Counted from the whole stretch's first letter, positions 36,591-49,699 are shown. The stretch: DNA of 63,973 bases, filler included, from Octopus bimaculoides (GCF_001194135.2; 8 parts of 7 records of this genome joined end to end with filler, not necessarily neighbours in it); one strand, 5' to 3'. Notes: generated from the sequence alone by a model not told the origin. Translations and numbers: made by a program.

Positions 36591-37129
36591 GTAGTTGAAG
36601 TCTGCCCAGCAGTCAATACGCCGTTAAATATTAGTGAAAAGAAAAATACATCTATGTTGAACTGCTGATGAGTTTTATTCTGCAGTTTTTCCAGCTGGAG
36701 TATATTTGTAGATTTCTACCGATAATTATTGGAGCATTTGGATAGGTGACTACTGCTCCAGTAGCAATCTCACAATTCACAATTCACACAACCAGAAACA
36801 GAAAAAGCATGCCTAATCAGGAGATTACAGCTAGGGACCATCAAAAATACTGTTTAAACATGTAAAACGCTTTAGAGGTTTCGCATGTAATAAGTGCACA
36901 GACATACGTTTATACATGCAAACATGTTTGTGCATATAAGCAAAAGTCACTTATGAAATAACATCCACACCTGCATACATGCATGTTTACATACATACAG
37001 TCAAGCATTCATGCATGCATATATACAGGCATGTATACATCACTAATTTGTTGATTTTGTCTAAATTCCAGTAAGATGTAGAACATCTTGGATGCATTCT
37101 TGTTCCAAACACTGGCATCTTCTCAACTA

Positions 37130-37985
37130 CGTAACTGTGAAGCTGAATGACACAAAGATTAAAGGCTAGTCGTTAGTATAACTGAATTTTAGAAGCAGGA
37201 GACATCTTCAGGCGAAGTTGCCACCAAAAGGCTGAGGATACAAAGACTCAAATCATCAGCATTTCAAGAATGTTTTGAGAAATCATCTCTAAGAGACTAA
37301 ACAAAATTTTCTTCATACACGATGACATAAAGAGTAGCTTGTCATCTTTAAAAGAGACTCTCTACTCTTCTGCAACTGACATACTTGGTACCCAAGTACA
37401 CAATACCGGGATCAGTTTGATGAAAATAATGAAGAACTCCAAGGCCTTCGAGAGAAAAACAAGCTAATTAATGCTCAGTTATTACTCAAAGGCAGATATT
37501 CTTCGTTTATATAAAAGTGTTCAAAAACAAACATACAAACAGACAAAAACGAAATCTTGAGGTTCGTGAAGTATAAGTGGCTTGAAGAAATAACTCGAGT
37601 GACACAAATCTATGCCAACACAAATAATGCATGAAAAGGAAAAGATTTTGAAAGCGTTCGTGCAATCTACTGCTCAGCTCGCATGAGTGTTTCACTCATT
37701 CTCACTGTAGGTGGAAATACACGTATCACCAACAAGGTGATACCTTTAAAATGTTCTGAACAAACCATTCAACCAGAAAACCATAAATGAAGAATCTATT
37801 GACATTCTTGTACAGTTTCCTATTAACACAGCTCTTGATGAAGTTCCTACTTTTTTTGAGAGTAGTGAATCTATAAGGTCGCAGACCTTTCACAAAGCAC
37901 TAGGTGCAGATTCAATCCCTGCTAAAATATACCGTTATGGTAGCGAAACACTCATTGAAAAACTGAGCTGTCTTTTTTATGTAAT
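37130..37985 (+). mobile_element. RTE-clade LINE fragment (EN-RT linker), heavily decayed
   Basis: ETLYSSATDILG, FDENNEELQGL, INEESIDILVQFPINTALDEVPT, KALGADSIPAKIYRYGSETLIEKLSCLF (compare KAPG.DGIPAE.YK.GG..L...L..LF). Confidence 0.75.
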
Positions 37986-38720
37986 CAATGGATACCATAT
38001 ACCAAGAATTCAATCATTCATTCCTGAATGGGATTTAGGATGAGCTGTCTTGTCCGTCTAAGGTTTTCAGATGTTTTAACACCCGGTACTATGATGGAGT
38101 CGTCTCCACCGCGCCACTTGCAGCCTACTAGCGGACAAGCAAGGCTTAAACTTTGAGTATGTGTTTCGATAATGTTTACAACACTAGCATTGCTTCTGAT
38201 TTATATTTTAACCTGTACATACATATCAAGTAGCATAATAGAAAGTAAGAATAGCCTAGAACTTTTGTTTTTACTATGAAGTCTTACAAAATGTTGTTTG
38301 TTTTGCATCACCAACAATCAACTCCGAATACGCACATGAGATATATATGAACACAAATATTATTTTAATGGCCTCAGCCATTGGCCTGCAGACATACTAA
38401 GGCACTGTCTTCGAAGTATATGTATATATGGGGGGTGGGGGTGAGGTGCGCGTGTATGTGTGCGTATGTGTCAGCGTGTGCTTGTGAATATATGCGTGTA
38501 TTTTTGAATGTACATGTATATGTATGTATATATGTACATATATATGTTAATACTTAATCAACCGTAGACAGAATAACACTGACATAGTGGCCGTATTTGT
38601 TAAGCTGTATGCGAAGATGACAGACAAAGTTTCGTTTAGTACTAAATGGCGCAAAAACTCCTAAATGTCGTAACTATTTAGGTACTGTAATATCGGTTAT
38701 TGTTATAATCCCTAAATAAA

Positions 38721-38930
38721 GGTGGTGATCTGGCAAGATCGTTAGCAATACCGATAAAATGCTTAACGTCATTTCGTCCGTTTCTGAGTTCAACTTCTAT
38801 CGAGTTCGACATTGCCTTTTATCTTTTCGGAGTTGATTAAATAAGTACCAGTCAAGTACTGGAGTCGATAAAGTTGACTTACGCCTTTCCCAAGATTTCA
38901 AGCCTTCTTGTACCTATAGTAGAGAGAGTT
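38721..38930 (+). mobile_element. SINE family A, old diverged copy
   Basis: ggtggtgatctggcaagatcgttagca...ctgagttcaact...aaataagtaccagtcaagtactggagtcgat...cttgtacctatagtaga. Confidence 0.75.
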
Positions 38931-39157
38931 ACTACAATCCCTAAACGGTTGTGTCATTTAATCCATTTAGTTTATCTATTGCACTTTTGCCATTTGGCTC
39001 TGCCTAAAATCTTAGCAGATGCCTCGTTTGCATATATAAAATGATTGCTATGATGTAAGTTTTATTCTATATGTGGCTGGTTGAATAATTGCTAAAACTT
39101 GCCAAGTTTCATTATGCTTCAGCATGAAACCCATTGGTACTGCAGGTACATGCAAGG

Positions 39158-39485
39158 ATGTATGATAAGAAGCTTACTTCCCAACCACAGGTTCAATCTC
39201 ATTGGTCGGTACATTCGACAGGTGTCTTCTACTGTAGCCCCAGGTTGACCAAAGCCATGTAAGTGGGTTTGATGGGCGAAAACTATGTGGAAACCCGTAG
39301 TATTTATGCATGTATGTATGTATGTATATACACACACACACAGAATACAAGAGACCTACAGAATAAATGTTGTCAAGCTTTAAAAAGTAAGTAGTATGGG
39401 TGAGTTGTTCGTCTAAAACCCCTGAAGGCAGTGTCACAGCATGGTCGCAGTCCAATAACTGAAACACGTAGAATATAAAAAATAA
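39158..39485 (+). mobile_element. SINE family B, degenerate full length with internal microsatellite
   Basis: gataagaagcttacttcccaaccacaggttcaatc...gtgtcttctactgtagcccc...(TATG)n...cagcatggtcgcagtccaataactgaaacacg. Confidence 0.75.
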
Positions 39486-39494
39486 AAGCTACAA

Positions 39495-39900
39495 AGCTTC
39501 TTTAACGTTTCAGACACTGATTCTTCAACAGAAGAAAATTAAAGAAGCGTCAAAAAGGAAAAGTAGCCGTGAGGAAAGAGAAAATACCTGGTGAAGGGTG
39601 AGGGATAGGGGTCAGATGGGAATGCGGTTCAATAGGGGGGAGTTCAACAGGGAGGAAGGAGCGGTGGGCTGCACCTATGAGAGTATATCCGTGATTTGAG
39701 GTAGGTGTATGGAGAAGTGCTGTGTACGGGTTTGTGGTATTATACTTGTAGAGAAATGTACAACTCACAGGGTTAATAATAGAAGACACTTCTCTAAGGT
39801 ACTACATAATGGGGTTGAAGCCGTGGCGATGTAATTCCAAATGGAGCTTGTTAAAGATAGACTATATAGTTCACTTTTGTAAAAGTATGTCATCCATGTG
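39495..39900 (-). mobile_element. Penelope-like remnant (pLTR motif plus possible GIY-YIG tail)
   Basis: Minus strand CTGTTGAAGAATCAGTGTCTGAAACGTT at 39531-39504, the same motif architecture as at 16.3 and 16.9 kb. Upstream IFNKLHLELHRHGFN loosely resembles the GIY-YIG terminal L.TL.P.GLN. Confidence 0.4.
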
Positions 39901-40219
39901 AATAATTAGCAAATGAAAATAATTCCTGTACGGAATACGTTGTCTTGCTGAATTCTCATCTTCATTGTTGAGTCATTTTATTTTCGAACCAAAGAGAGAC
40001 GTTTAGAAGGTCGATGGATCTGCTAAAATAGCAACTACATCCTTTTTTAAATTTCACTTAAATAACTTCAGATTTGTAGAAGACGTACATATTTAGGATA
40101 ATGTAGCCCTACGTACAATATGACTTACGAAAAATCATAATTCTAAAACGACCGGATGATAACAGCTAAAATACCCTTTAAAAGCATAGCCTTGTTAGCC
40201 AGAGCTAACCTCTCTTCTA

Positions 40220-40263
40220 CTCTCTTTTACTTGTTTCAGTCATTTGACTGTGGCCATGCTGGA
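40220..40263 (-). mobile_element. SINE family B 3' tail fragment
   Basis: ctcttttacttgtttcagtcatttgactgtggccatgctggagc, nearly identical to the start of the 19250 copy. Confidence 0.85.
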
Positions 40264-40378
40264 GCTGTTTATTAAATATCTATAACAACACTTCATAGTG
40301 GTATTAACATCAAAACTTTGCAAATACAGAGTAGCTTGAATGGATTCCACATGGCCCATACGCTGACAACTTGTTCAA

Positions 40379-40430
<52 letters not shown>

Positions 40431-40796
40431 ACACACACATACACGCACGCACACAGGCTCAAACACACACATACACACACATACACGCACATATACGCAT
40501 GCACATAGGCTCACACACACACACATATATGCATATAAGTGTATATATTTTCATGAATATAGAGATAAACACGTGTATGTGCGCGCGCGCGTGGGTGCGC
40601 GCGCGCGTGGGTACACGCGTGGGTGCGTGTGCGCATGTACTGAAACGTCTAAGCTTTCGGCTAAAACTACTTCAAAACTTTGCCTTCTCACACAAAATAA
40701 TTGAGACCCTAACCTATACCTACGTAGTGCGAATTTCACTTCCAAATTTAAAACAATTTGTATGTAACCTTGTGCATGTGTTGTGTATGTATAAGT

Positions 40797-40829
<33 letters not shown>

Positions 40830-43177
40830 TATTTGTATTTTATCGTGTGTGTGTTGTTACTATGTGTGACTATTTCGTTCTGTTATTACATTTATTAATA
40901 TGTTTACTCTTTAATATATTTCTATTGACCTGTGCCCCAAGAGCATGTTCATGTCGCTAGAGGTAATAAACTATGCCCGGCCCACACGCGCTTCCCGCCT
41001 GTTTGTTGTGATATACAAACGTCAAATACTATTCTTGTTCTTCCTGTATTGGTACTTATGGGGTTTTGTACAAGCGATGTTGGTGGCTGACAATTAGGGG
41101 CCCATCTTCCCAGCGGTTACATAATTAGACAAGATAAACAAGATAAAAGCGTTGAAACGTGGGGGAAGGATTTGCTCATTTAATTTTTCAGTTTGCACTA
41201 GTTAAGTACGCATACATATACGTCTAGAAAAGTATAAACATAGAGGTAAACACACGCATACAGATTTACAAGTACGCACGCATACTCACACATTGTGACG
41301 CACACGCAGTAGCTTTCTTCTCCCTGTGAATTGTATATGTGTAAATACAAACATAATGACATGTTATCATCTAATGTCGTGCAGAGTCAAGAGACGAAAG
41401 CTTGGCTCGTTGTTAGATGATGGTTGACATATAACGTGTATGCTCGAATAGTCCTCGCAGCGGTTCATTGCGACACATGTCGAGACAGTTAGCGCCTGCC
41501 GTCCCCACCGTTTGTTTACTTAACAAGACAAATTCATATCTTTGAATATACATTTTTAAAAGTCTATGTGTAAATACCAATTTAAATCCAGTTTTCTCTG
41601 CCTGCATCTGTTATTTGTCTCTTACTTTATTTGACTATATTTTCATTACATTTCATTTTCTCGGTACAGACTATTGGCTGTCGACTTCTAGCTTATGAAA
41701 TGATGGCTCCTATCCTTTGGGGGGGGCAGGTGTTTTACGGTTGGATGCACCCTTCTTAACGCTAATCAGCTGGGTCAGTAACTATTTTTCCAAATAGGGA
41801 AATTCAGTAATGCGCTTACCCTAGAACCTTTACACACATCCCGAGGTGAAGTTTAAGCCCTTCATCCAGAAGCCTTAGTTCTAACACTTAAGTATCCCGC
41901 CAGACCTTTTATACTCTAGACCATCATACTGATAAAAAGAGGAGTGGGGTCGGGGATTCGTCATTTTGTTTTAAAAAGTAATTTCAGCATTAATTTCTTT
42001 AAGTTGCAGAAAGTATTTCAGAAACGAGAATACGAAAAGGATCAAATTTAAACCAATGAACCATCGTAATTTTAAAATGTTTGTTCTGATCGATCAGACC
42101 TATGGTCAATGGCATTCTAGCCGTGTCTATACCAACTGCTTAAGGATAGAGTGTGTAGGATAACATTATCCACTTTTGTTGGGGTTTTTTGGGGGGGTGG
42201 GGGTTTAATGTTCTACAGAATTGGAAAAATTGGTTACGATATTTGGCAATTCGACCAACCGCTTAGAGGCTCCTTCGCTGGCTCCAAAACGTTAAATGTG
42301 CATTAATTAATGAATTAATATGGTTTACTAATACGCAGTGAAATAATTTTATGGGTCAAATAGGAAGAAATACGTTTATAATTTTAAGGGACACTCCTAA
42401 TTAAAAAGGATAACATTACTTCTATTGCTGTTGACTGATTTTTCGAGATTTTATTTTTTCTAACTGTTGACGTCAATTTAATAATCTCACTCTATTAATG
42501 TCTTAGCTAACAGATTAGAATCCCGTAATAACAATTTCTCTCTTATAAGTGAGTAATGAATAAAATCTTACGTTTGAAGAGCAGTGTATGAACAAATCTA
42601 CCTGCCATAGTAACATTAAAAAGAGTCATAGGAGAGCTGGCAATCCTCTTCTGGCTAAGCTATTTAAAAATGCATCTTTGTGCTGTACAGCAATCCCTGT
42701 TTGCATCAAACTCTGTTTACAATAGTGGTTGCGAACAGCTCAGCACATGTCAGAAGTTAGCGTTAGCAGCGCTAGTTATTAGCCCCCAAAACATCAAAAC
42801 GAATGCACGAAACTTCCTTCCTTACTATTCATCGATACTACTCAGTTCAAATTGCCATACTTTCTGCAAATGTTAGTGTTAAAACAATTTTAATCAAAGA
42901 AGCGTGCTGGCCATGGTTAAATGAAGTGTCTAGGGAGAACTTGAATTTATACACTTTTGTTGGGGGAAATCACTAATAAGAGATTTGCGGGAATTATCCA
43001 GATGGCATGAATATACAGGGTTAATATTTTCAAAATCTTCGCGACTCTAACGTTACGTGTTCTTGCAAATGTTTTACATAACACTTTTCTATGATGGTGG
43101 TGGCAAAAAATGTAGACGAGACCAGGAAATTTTCTCTACAACCAAACACGCACACACACACGCACGCACACACACAC

Positions 43178-43232
<55 letters not shown>

Positions 43233-43817
43233 GTATTCTATGGTAAGTGCAATACTATTGTCATAGCAATAAACAAAGAAACATTCTTTAGCTCATACTA
43301 CACATATTATTTTAAACATATGTATGACATCTCGTATTGAGCTAAATTAACTTCCCATGGTTTTGTGGCTTAATCAGAAGATGCTCATGATATCTGCAGG
43401 ATGGCGAGATTGATTTAATTTAAATTTAGCTTAGACATTTTAAGTTGAGGTGTGTTGTAAGTAGGAAAACGAATTCCATAGCATTTCCGTTAGAAGAGAA
43501 TTATTAGCTACAAGATCTGAGTAATTATACATAAAAGGATTGACGAGAGTTCAAACGATTGTATCTGATAGGTTTAGAGACAGTGATCGTATATCAGTAT
43601 TACAGAGGCCGTTATAGTAATAAGTGAATAAGAAAAAAGAAGACCAGCGAATCTGTAGGTCAGATATTGTAATACAGAAGGGATTGAGACTTTACCAATC
43701 AGTCTGATGGCTACCCTTTCGATATGGACTAGGATTGTAAGTCTGGAACAGAAGTACCATTTCAAAGGAGCAGTGATAGAGTCTTTACTATTGGAAGATA
43801 CAGATTGTATCCCATAC

Positions 43818-44014
43818 GCATGGGCATGGTTATGTGGTTGAGAAATTCGCTTTCCAGCCACATGATTTTGGGTTCAATTCCGGTATGCGGCGCTTTAGAA
43901 AGTGCCTTCTACTAAAGCTCCGGGGCAATCAATGTCCTGTCAGTGAATTTGGTAGACAGAAGCTGACTGTTTGGAAGCCCGTCATATATATCATGATACA
44001 CGCGCACATACACA

Positions 44015-44056
<42 letters not shown>
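43818..44056 (+). mobile_element. SINE family B 5' half followed by (CA)n and a gap
   Basis: ggttatgtggttgagaaattcgctttccagccacatgattttgggttcaattcc...gtgaatttggtagacagaa...gaagcccgtc. Confidence 0.75.
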
Positions 44057-44352
44057 NNNNNNNNNNNNNNNNNNNNNNNNNNNNNNNNNNNNNNNNNNNN
44101 NNNNNNNNNNNNNNNNNNNNNNNNNNNNNNNNNNNNNNNNNNNNNNNNNNNNNNNNNNNNNNNNNNNNNNNNNNNNNNNNNNNNNNNNNNNNNNNNNNNN
44201 NNNNNNNNNNNNNNNNNNNNNNNNNNNNNNNNNNNNNNNNNNNNNNNNNNNNNNNNNNNNNNNNNNNNNNNNNNNNNNNNNNNNNNNNNNNNNNNNNNNN
44301 NNNNNNNNNNNNNNNNNNNNNNNNNNNNNNNNNNNNNNNNNNNNNNNNNNNN

Positions 44353-44415
<63 letters not shown>

Positions 44416-44634
44416 CACAGATAGATCATTTAATAATATTATGTGACTCACCTTGACCAATAGCAGCCCATTTCTCGATAGCCATCTTGGACTTCTTGTG
44501 CTTCTTCATTTGGTAATCTTAGTCTGAAAGAGACGGGTTTCTGCTAGAAGCTCGCGAAACTAAAAGTCGCGTGGAGCCGAATCAAACTGCTTTCAAATAT
44601 AATAAAAATAACAACAACAACAATAATAATAACT

Positions 44635-45250
44635 GACTGAAAGATAGATCCGAATAGGCCAGATATTATATTGAAGGACTTCACACAAAAATTGTGCCTC
44701 CTCATCGATATGACTGTTCCAATTGGCATAACTGCATCTGTCAAAACCTACCAAAAACTGAGCAAATATAAAGATCTTGAAATAGAAATTGGCAAAATGT
44801 AGAACCTCAAGACTAAAACAATACTTGTTGACACAGTTGCCCTAGGAATGATTGCAAAAAGGGTCGATTGCTACCTAGCTCAGATACCAGAAAATCCAGA
44901 AATGAAAGAAATTCAAACAAATAGTGCTCGTGGGATCTGCCCATATCCTACGTAAAATATGTCTATGTAATCCCAAAAATATTCCATTCCGTAAGCAGTG
45001 TCAAAATACTTTTAAAAGCAAACAGCTTTTACTGTCACATAAACATCAGACTATCATCTTATAATCGAATTACTTTTAAAACAAACTTTTAATTTACTTA
45101 TGTTTTGACAGACATTCTCTAGAACAATACTATGTGCAAAACCGAATATATGGCACCCTAGTCATAACACCAGCTTGAACTTCTAACTTGTCTCTTTGGG
45201 TGAGACTTGGGGTCAGCTTGTACAAATACAAAGCAAAAGCCAAACAGATA
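44635..45250 (+). mobile_element. R4/Dong-type RLE LINE, 5'-truncated (endonuclease plus 3' UTR)
   Basis: NRPDIILKDFTQKLCLLIDMTVP...KLSKYKDLEIEIGKM...ALGMI...AHILRKI: the PD...D RLE domain. Preceded by (AAC/AAT)n at 44598-44632 and followed by (AAT)n at 45249-45313. Confidence 0.85.
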
Positions 45251-45255
45251 ATAAC

Positions 45256-45314
<59 letters not shown>

Positions 45315-46960
45315 GGATCAATGCTCAATGATCAATGCTCTAGCCATACCAGTCGTGACTTACAGTTTCAACATCGTTAACTGGTCAATTACTGAAATAT
45401 GTAATGTTGACAGAAAAATACGAAAACTGTTGACAATGCATAGAATGCACCACCCTAAGGCAGATATAGAACGTCTTTATCTGCCAAGAAAAGAGGGAGG
45501 CCGAGGACTTCTACAGCTGGAATTATCAATGAAGGTAGCCACAATTGGCCTAGACACCTACCTGAAAAACTCTGAGGACTGGATGCTAAAACTTGTCTTA
45601 AAATATGAAAGCAAGAAAGCATCTTACTCAGTAACAAAACAGGCAAAGGAATATCTAAGTGAATTCCAATTGCAACAAATTCAAGAATTAGACGAACTAG
45701 AAACACNNNNNNNNNNNNNNNNNNNNNNNNNNNNNNNNNNNNNNNNNNNNNNNNNNNNNNNNNNNNNNNNNNNNNNNNNNNNNNNNNNNNNNNNNNNNNN
45801 NNNNNNNNNNNNNNNNNNNNNNNNNNNNNNNNNNNNNNNNNNNNNNNNNNNNNNNNNNNNNNNNNNNNNNNNNNNNNNNNNNNNNNNNNNNNNNNNNNNN
45901 NNNNNNNNNNNNNNNNNNNNNNNNNNNNNNNNNNNNNNNNNNNNNNNNNNNNNNNNNNNNNNNNNNNNNNNNNNNNNNNNNNNNNNNNNNNNNNNNNNNN
46001 NNNNNNNNNNNNNNNNNNNNNNNNNNNNNNNNNNNNNNNNNNNNNNNNNNNNNNNNNNNNNNNNNNNNNNNNNNNNNNNNNNNNNNNNNNNNNNNNNNNN
46101 NNNNNNNNNNNNNNNNNNNNNNNNNNNNNNNNNNNNNNNNNNNNNNNNNNNNNNNNNNNNNNNNNNNNNNNNNNNNNNNNNNNNNNNNNNNNNNNNNNNN
46201 NNNNNNNNNNNNNNNNNNNNNNNNNNNNNNNNNNNNNNNNNNNNNNNNNNNNNNNNNNNNNNNNNNNNNNNNNNNNNNNNNNNNNNNNNNNNNNNNNNNN
46301 NNNNNNNNNNNNNNNNNNNNNNNNNNNNNNNNNNNNNNNNNNNNNNNNNNNNNNNNNNNNNNNNNNNNNNNNNNNNNNNNNNNNNNNNNNNNNNNNNNNN
46401 NNNNNNNNNNNNNNNNNNNNNNNNNNNNNNNNNNNNNNNNNNNNNNNNNNNNNNNNNNNNNNNNNNNNNNNNNNNNNNNNNNNNNNNNNNNNNNNNNNNN
46501 NNNNNNNNNNNNNNNNNNNNNNNNNNNNNNNNNNNNNNNNAATAATGATAATCAGTGCAACACATCAGAAACTGATAAGTGCAGAATCTGTGGACAAATT
46601 GGTGAAACCGTATGGCATATTACCAGCCAATGTACGCCACTGGCCCAGAAGGAATATAAGAGACGCCACGACGATATAGCCAGGCTTGTCCATTGGACAC
46701 TTTGAAACAAGTATGGACTTGACAGAGCAAAAAATTGGTACGACCACAAACCTGAAGGCATCGTCGAAAATAAAAATGCAAAGATCCTATGGGATTTTAT
46801 GATTCAGTGCGACCATGAGATTGAGAATAGAAAGCCAGACATAGTCTTAATTGAGAAGGAAAGCAAACTATGTTGAATCATAGATATAGCATGCCCAGCT
46901 GACAACAAGTTATACGATAAAGAAGAAAGAAAAGTCGAGAGATACGACAGGTTAGCTTGG
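45315..46960 (+). mobile_element. R4/Dong-type RLE LINE fragment spanning a gap
   Basis: INALAIPVVTYSFNIVNW...DRKIRKLLT...HHPKADIERLYLPRKEGGRGL before the gap. After it, CRICGQIGETVWHITSQC...EYKRRHD (CCHC) and KILWDF...NRKPDIVLIEK...IIDIACP (RLE). Continuity across the N gap is assumed. Confidence 0.88.
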
Positions 46961-46964
46961 GAAG

Positions 46965-47215
46965 TCCTCGCTAAGAAGGAATACATTTACAGACACAACA
47001 GTGTTGGGACCTATATACACTGGAAATTATGCCAACACTATGAAATAACAACAGAAAAAAGATGTTATAGACGCACTCCAGAAAAGGTCACAGAAAATGT
47101 GAAAGCAACCATACTCTGGGATATGCCAATACACGCAGATAGAGAAATCAAGGCTGATAAGCTGGATATAGTAAGAGATCACCAAGAATTAGAGATACTT
47201 TCTAACTGAGGTACA
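46965..47215 (+). mobile_element. R4/Dong-type fragment of another subfamily
   Basis: LAKKEYIYRHNSVGTYIHWKLCQHY...ATILWDMPIHADREIKADKLDIV. Confidence 0.8.
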
Positions 47216-47224
47216 TGGTACATG

Positions 47225-47425
47225 GCTATTGATTGACAGCAAGAAGGAAAAGAAAAGAAGGGTCCAAGCGAAAACAGAAAAAGTGAGAAAAGCAGCAGAA
47301 GAGCAGTATCGAGTGGCAGATAGGCAGATGAAGAGAGGATGCAGGAGAGACAGAAGAAGATGGGTGTGAGGAAAGATTAAAGAAGCTCAGGAGGCAAAAA
47401 ACAAAACTGACATCAGAACTCTACA
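47225..47425 (+). mobile_element. RTE-like LINE linker fragment
   Basis: AEEQYRVADRQMKRGCRRDRRRWV*GKIKEAQEAKNKTDIRTLYR resembles the RTE Y....R..K...RRD.R.W......A..A....D...LY segment. Confidence 0.6.
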
Positions 47426-47429
47426 GAAT

Positions 47430-47660
47430 CGTGCATCGGCATCTCTTCAGTTATCGAGGCAATTAAAATATTTTAATATATTTTAAATTATAGTTTAAAA
47501 TATTTTAATTGTCTCGATAACTGAAGAGATGCCGATGCACGTTTCCGTGCCAACATCCGAAGCTCGGAGTTTATTATGGCAACCGAATAATTGTCACATA
47601 TATTACAAATAAATTCCTCTATTTACATAATATCGAGGTTTTATTCATTCTTTTGCTATC
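47430..47660 (+). mobile_element. Penelope-like terminus with inverted partial duplication and decayed hammerhead-like motif
   Basis: 47430-47477 is the reverse complement of 47496-47542 (one mismatch); the right arm continues CTGAAGA...CATCCGAAGCTCGGAGT. Confidence 0.55.
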
Positions 47661-47892
47661 TTACCATTACTATATATGTATATATATATAGGTATGTGTT
47701 TTGCCAGTTCGTGGACAGGTTGCCATTATAGGTGTAAGAATATATTCTCAACAATTGGTTTGGTTTTAAAACATCTGGAAGTCATAAATAAGCGAGACAA
47801 CTCGCATCAGGTCCCGTTACAGGAGCTATAAGCATTAATGCTTCCTCATTTCTGTGATTTGTCATGTATATTTTTGTATACATATATGTATG

Positions 47893-47937
<45 letters not shown>

Positions 47938-49110
47938 NNNNNNNNNNNNNNNNNNNNNNNNNNNNNNNNNNNNNNNNNNNNNNNNNNNNNNNNNNNNNNN
48001 NNNNNNNNNNNNNNNNNNNNNNNNNNNNNNNNNNNNNNNNNNNNNNNNNNNNNNNNNNNNNNNNNNNNNNNNNNNNNNNNNNNNNNNNNNNNNNNNNNNN
48101 NNNNNNNNNNNNNNNNNNNNNNNNNNNNNNNNNNNNNNNNNNNNNNNNNNNNNNNNNNNNNNNNNNNNNNNNNNNNNNNNNNNNNNNNNNNNNNNNNNNN
48201 NNNNNNNGTGTATGTATGTATATATATAAATATGTATTATGTATATGTATGTGTGTACGTATGTATGTATGTATGTATGTATGTATGTATGTATGTATGT
48301 ATGTATGTGTAAAGGTAACACGGCATTTACTTAATAGAGTCCCAAGCAAACATTTCACCATTTCACTGTGTGCATTCCTCTAACAACTTTGGACTCAGGT
48401 AACAAAATCATACGCTATCAAAAACAAAAATATGCTGCTATGTTGTGTACGAACGAGAGGTATACACCTCGGTATCTGAGAATCTTCCAGAACTTAGATG
48501 ATGGATGAGCTACTGTGAACCAGGAAACATTTCTTTATAGCAGTCATTGCTTATAGACTGGCGACTCGATGTCTGAAACTATTCGGAAGCTAAGAGGGCA
48601 GATCGTAACTGTATGCATATATGTAAGTTGTATTGTAGGTGTGTTTGTATGTATGTATATGTATGTATTTGTATGCATGTGTGTGTGAGTGTGTGTGAGT
48701 GTATGTGTGTGTGCGTGTGTTCAAATAAGTGAATGCCAGCAAAAGTAAGTCGTATGTCGATTTCAATAAGGGCCGCCCTCTCAGACTTGTCTTTTGGCAC
48801 TCGGCCACACACTACAATCGGCTATGAACCACGATATCCTACTGTGACAACTTCCAAAGGGAAGAAGAAAAGAGAGAAAGAAAGAAATTTCAAAAACTTA
48901 TAAATCTGGAGCCAAACACATTTATATGTTTGATTTATTGTTGATTTTGCTATTTTACTATTTGCTCTTGTTACACTTGCTCTTGTTTACTGCAGCCATC
49001 ACAAACACCACTACAACCACCACAAACACCATTACAACTACTACTACTACTACGACTACGGCAGCGACACTCATTGTGGCTGCCGCTGGAGATGATGATC
49101 TTATTGTTTA

Positions 49111-49217
<107 letters not shown>

Positions 49218-49404
49218 AGTGTGTGTGTGTGTCATAGTGCATGTTTAAACATTTAGAGCAGTTTAGACGGTTCAGAAGGAACGAGAAGTCGACTGAGCCT
49301 CACAGTAATGTTAATGTACACAGAGTAAACTCGTTCTTTAACCGTGTATATTATGTAAGAAATTACCGTCATCAAACATCATCTCATCAAACAGCGTTGT
49401 TCTC

Positions 49405-49655
49405 ATCATTGTTGTTGTTTATGGTTTCTTTTCATTATAACTTTATTTCAGCTGCCTCAGTACCGAGCTTCATTGTTAAAATTATCATCACATTTATTCC
49501 ATTTGAGATGGAGAGTGCTTTCCGTAGTATATGGGTTGTACCCACCAACGTTATCTTTTGTAGTACACCGAGATTGGAGTTACCAGGGAGTTGCTTAATA
49601 TACTTCTCGGATCCCTTTTTATCATTCCCAACCCACTAATTACCACTAGTATTAT
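49405..49655 (-). mobile_element. R4/Dong-type extreme 3' end
   Basis: Minus strand KKGSEKYIKQLPGNSNLGVLQKITLVGTTHILRKALSI matches the C-terminus of the 44635 copy; ends near aaacaacaacaat. Confidence 0.75.
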
Positions 49656-49699
49656 CGTTGTACTCAGCTTCCACATTTCTGTAATTTCAATTTGCAGAC

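Noticed and set aside
45196-46545. 449-aa ORF as an intact gene
   Set aside because: Poly-Asn from (AAT)n, about 130 aa of Dong RT and about 280 X from the gap.
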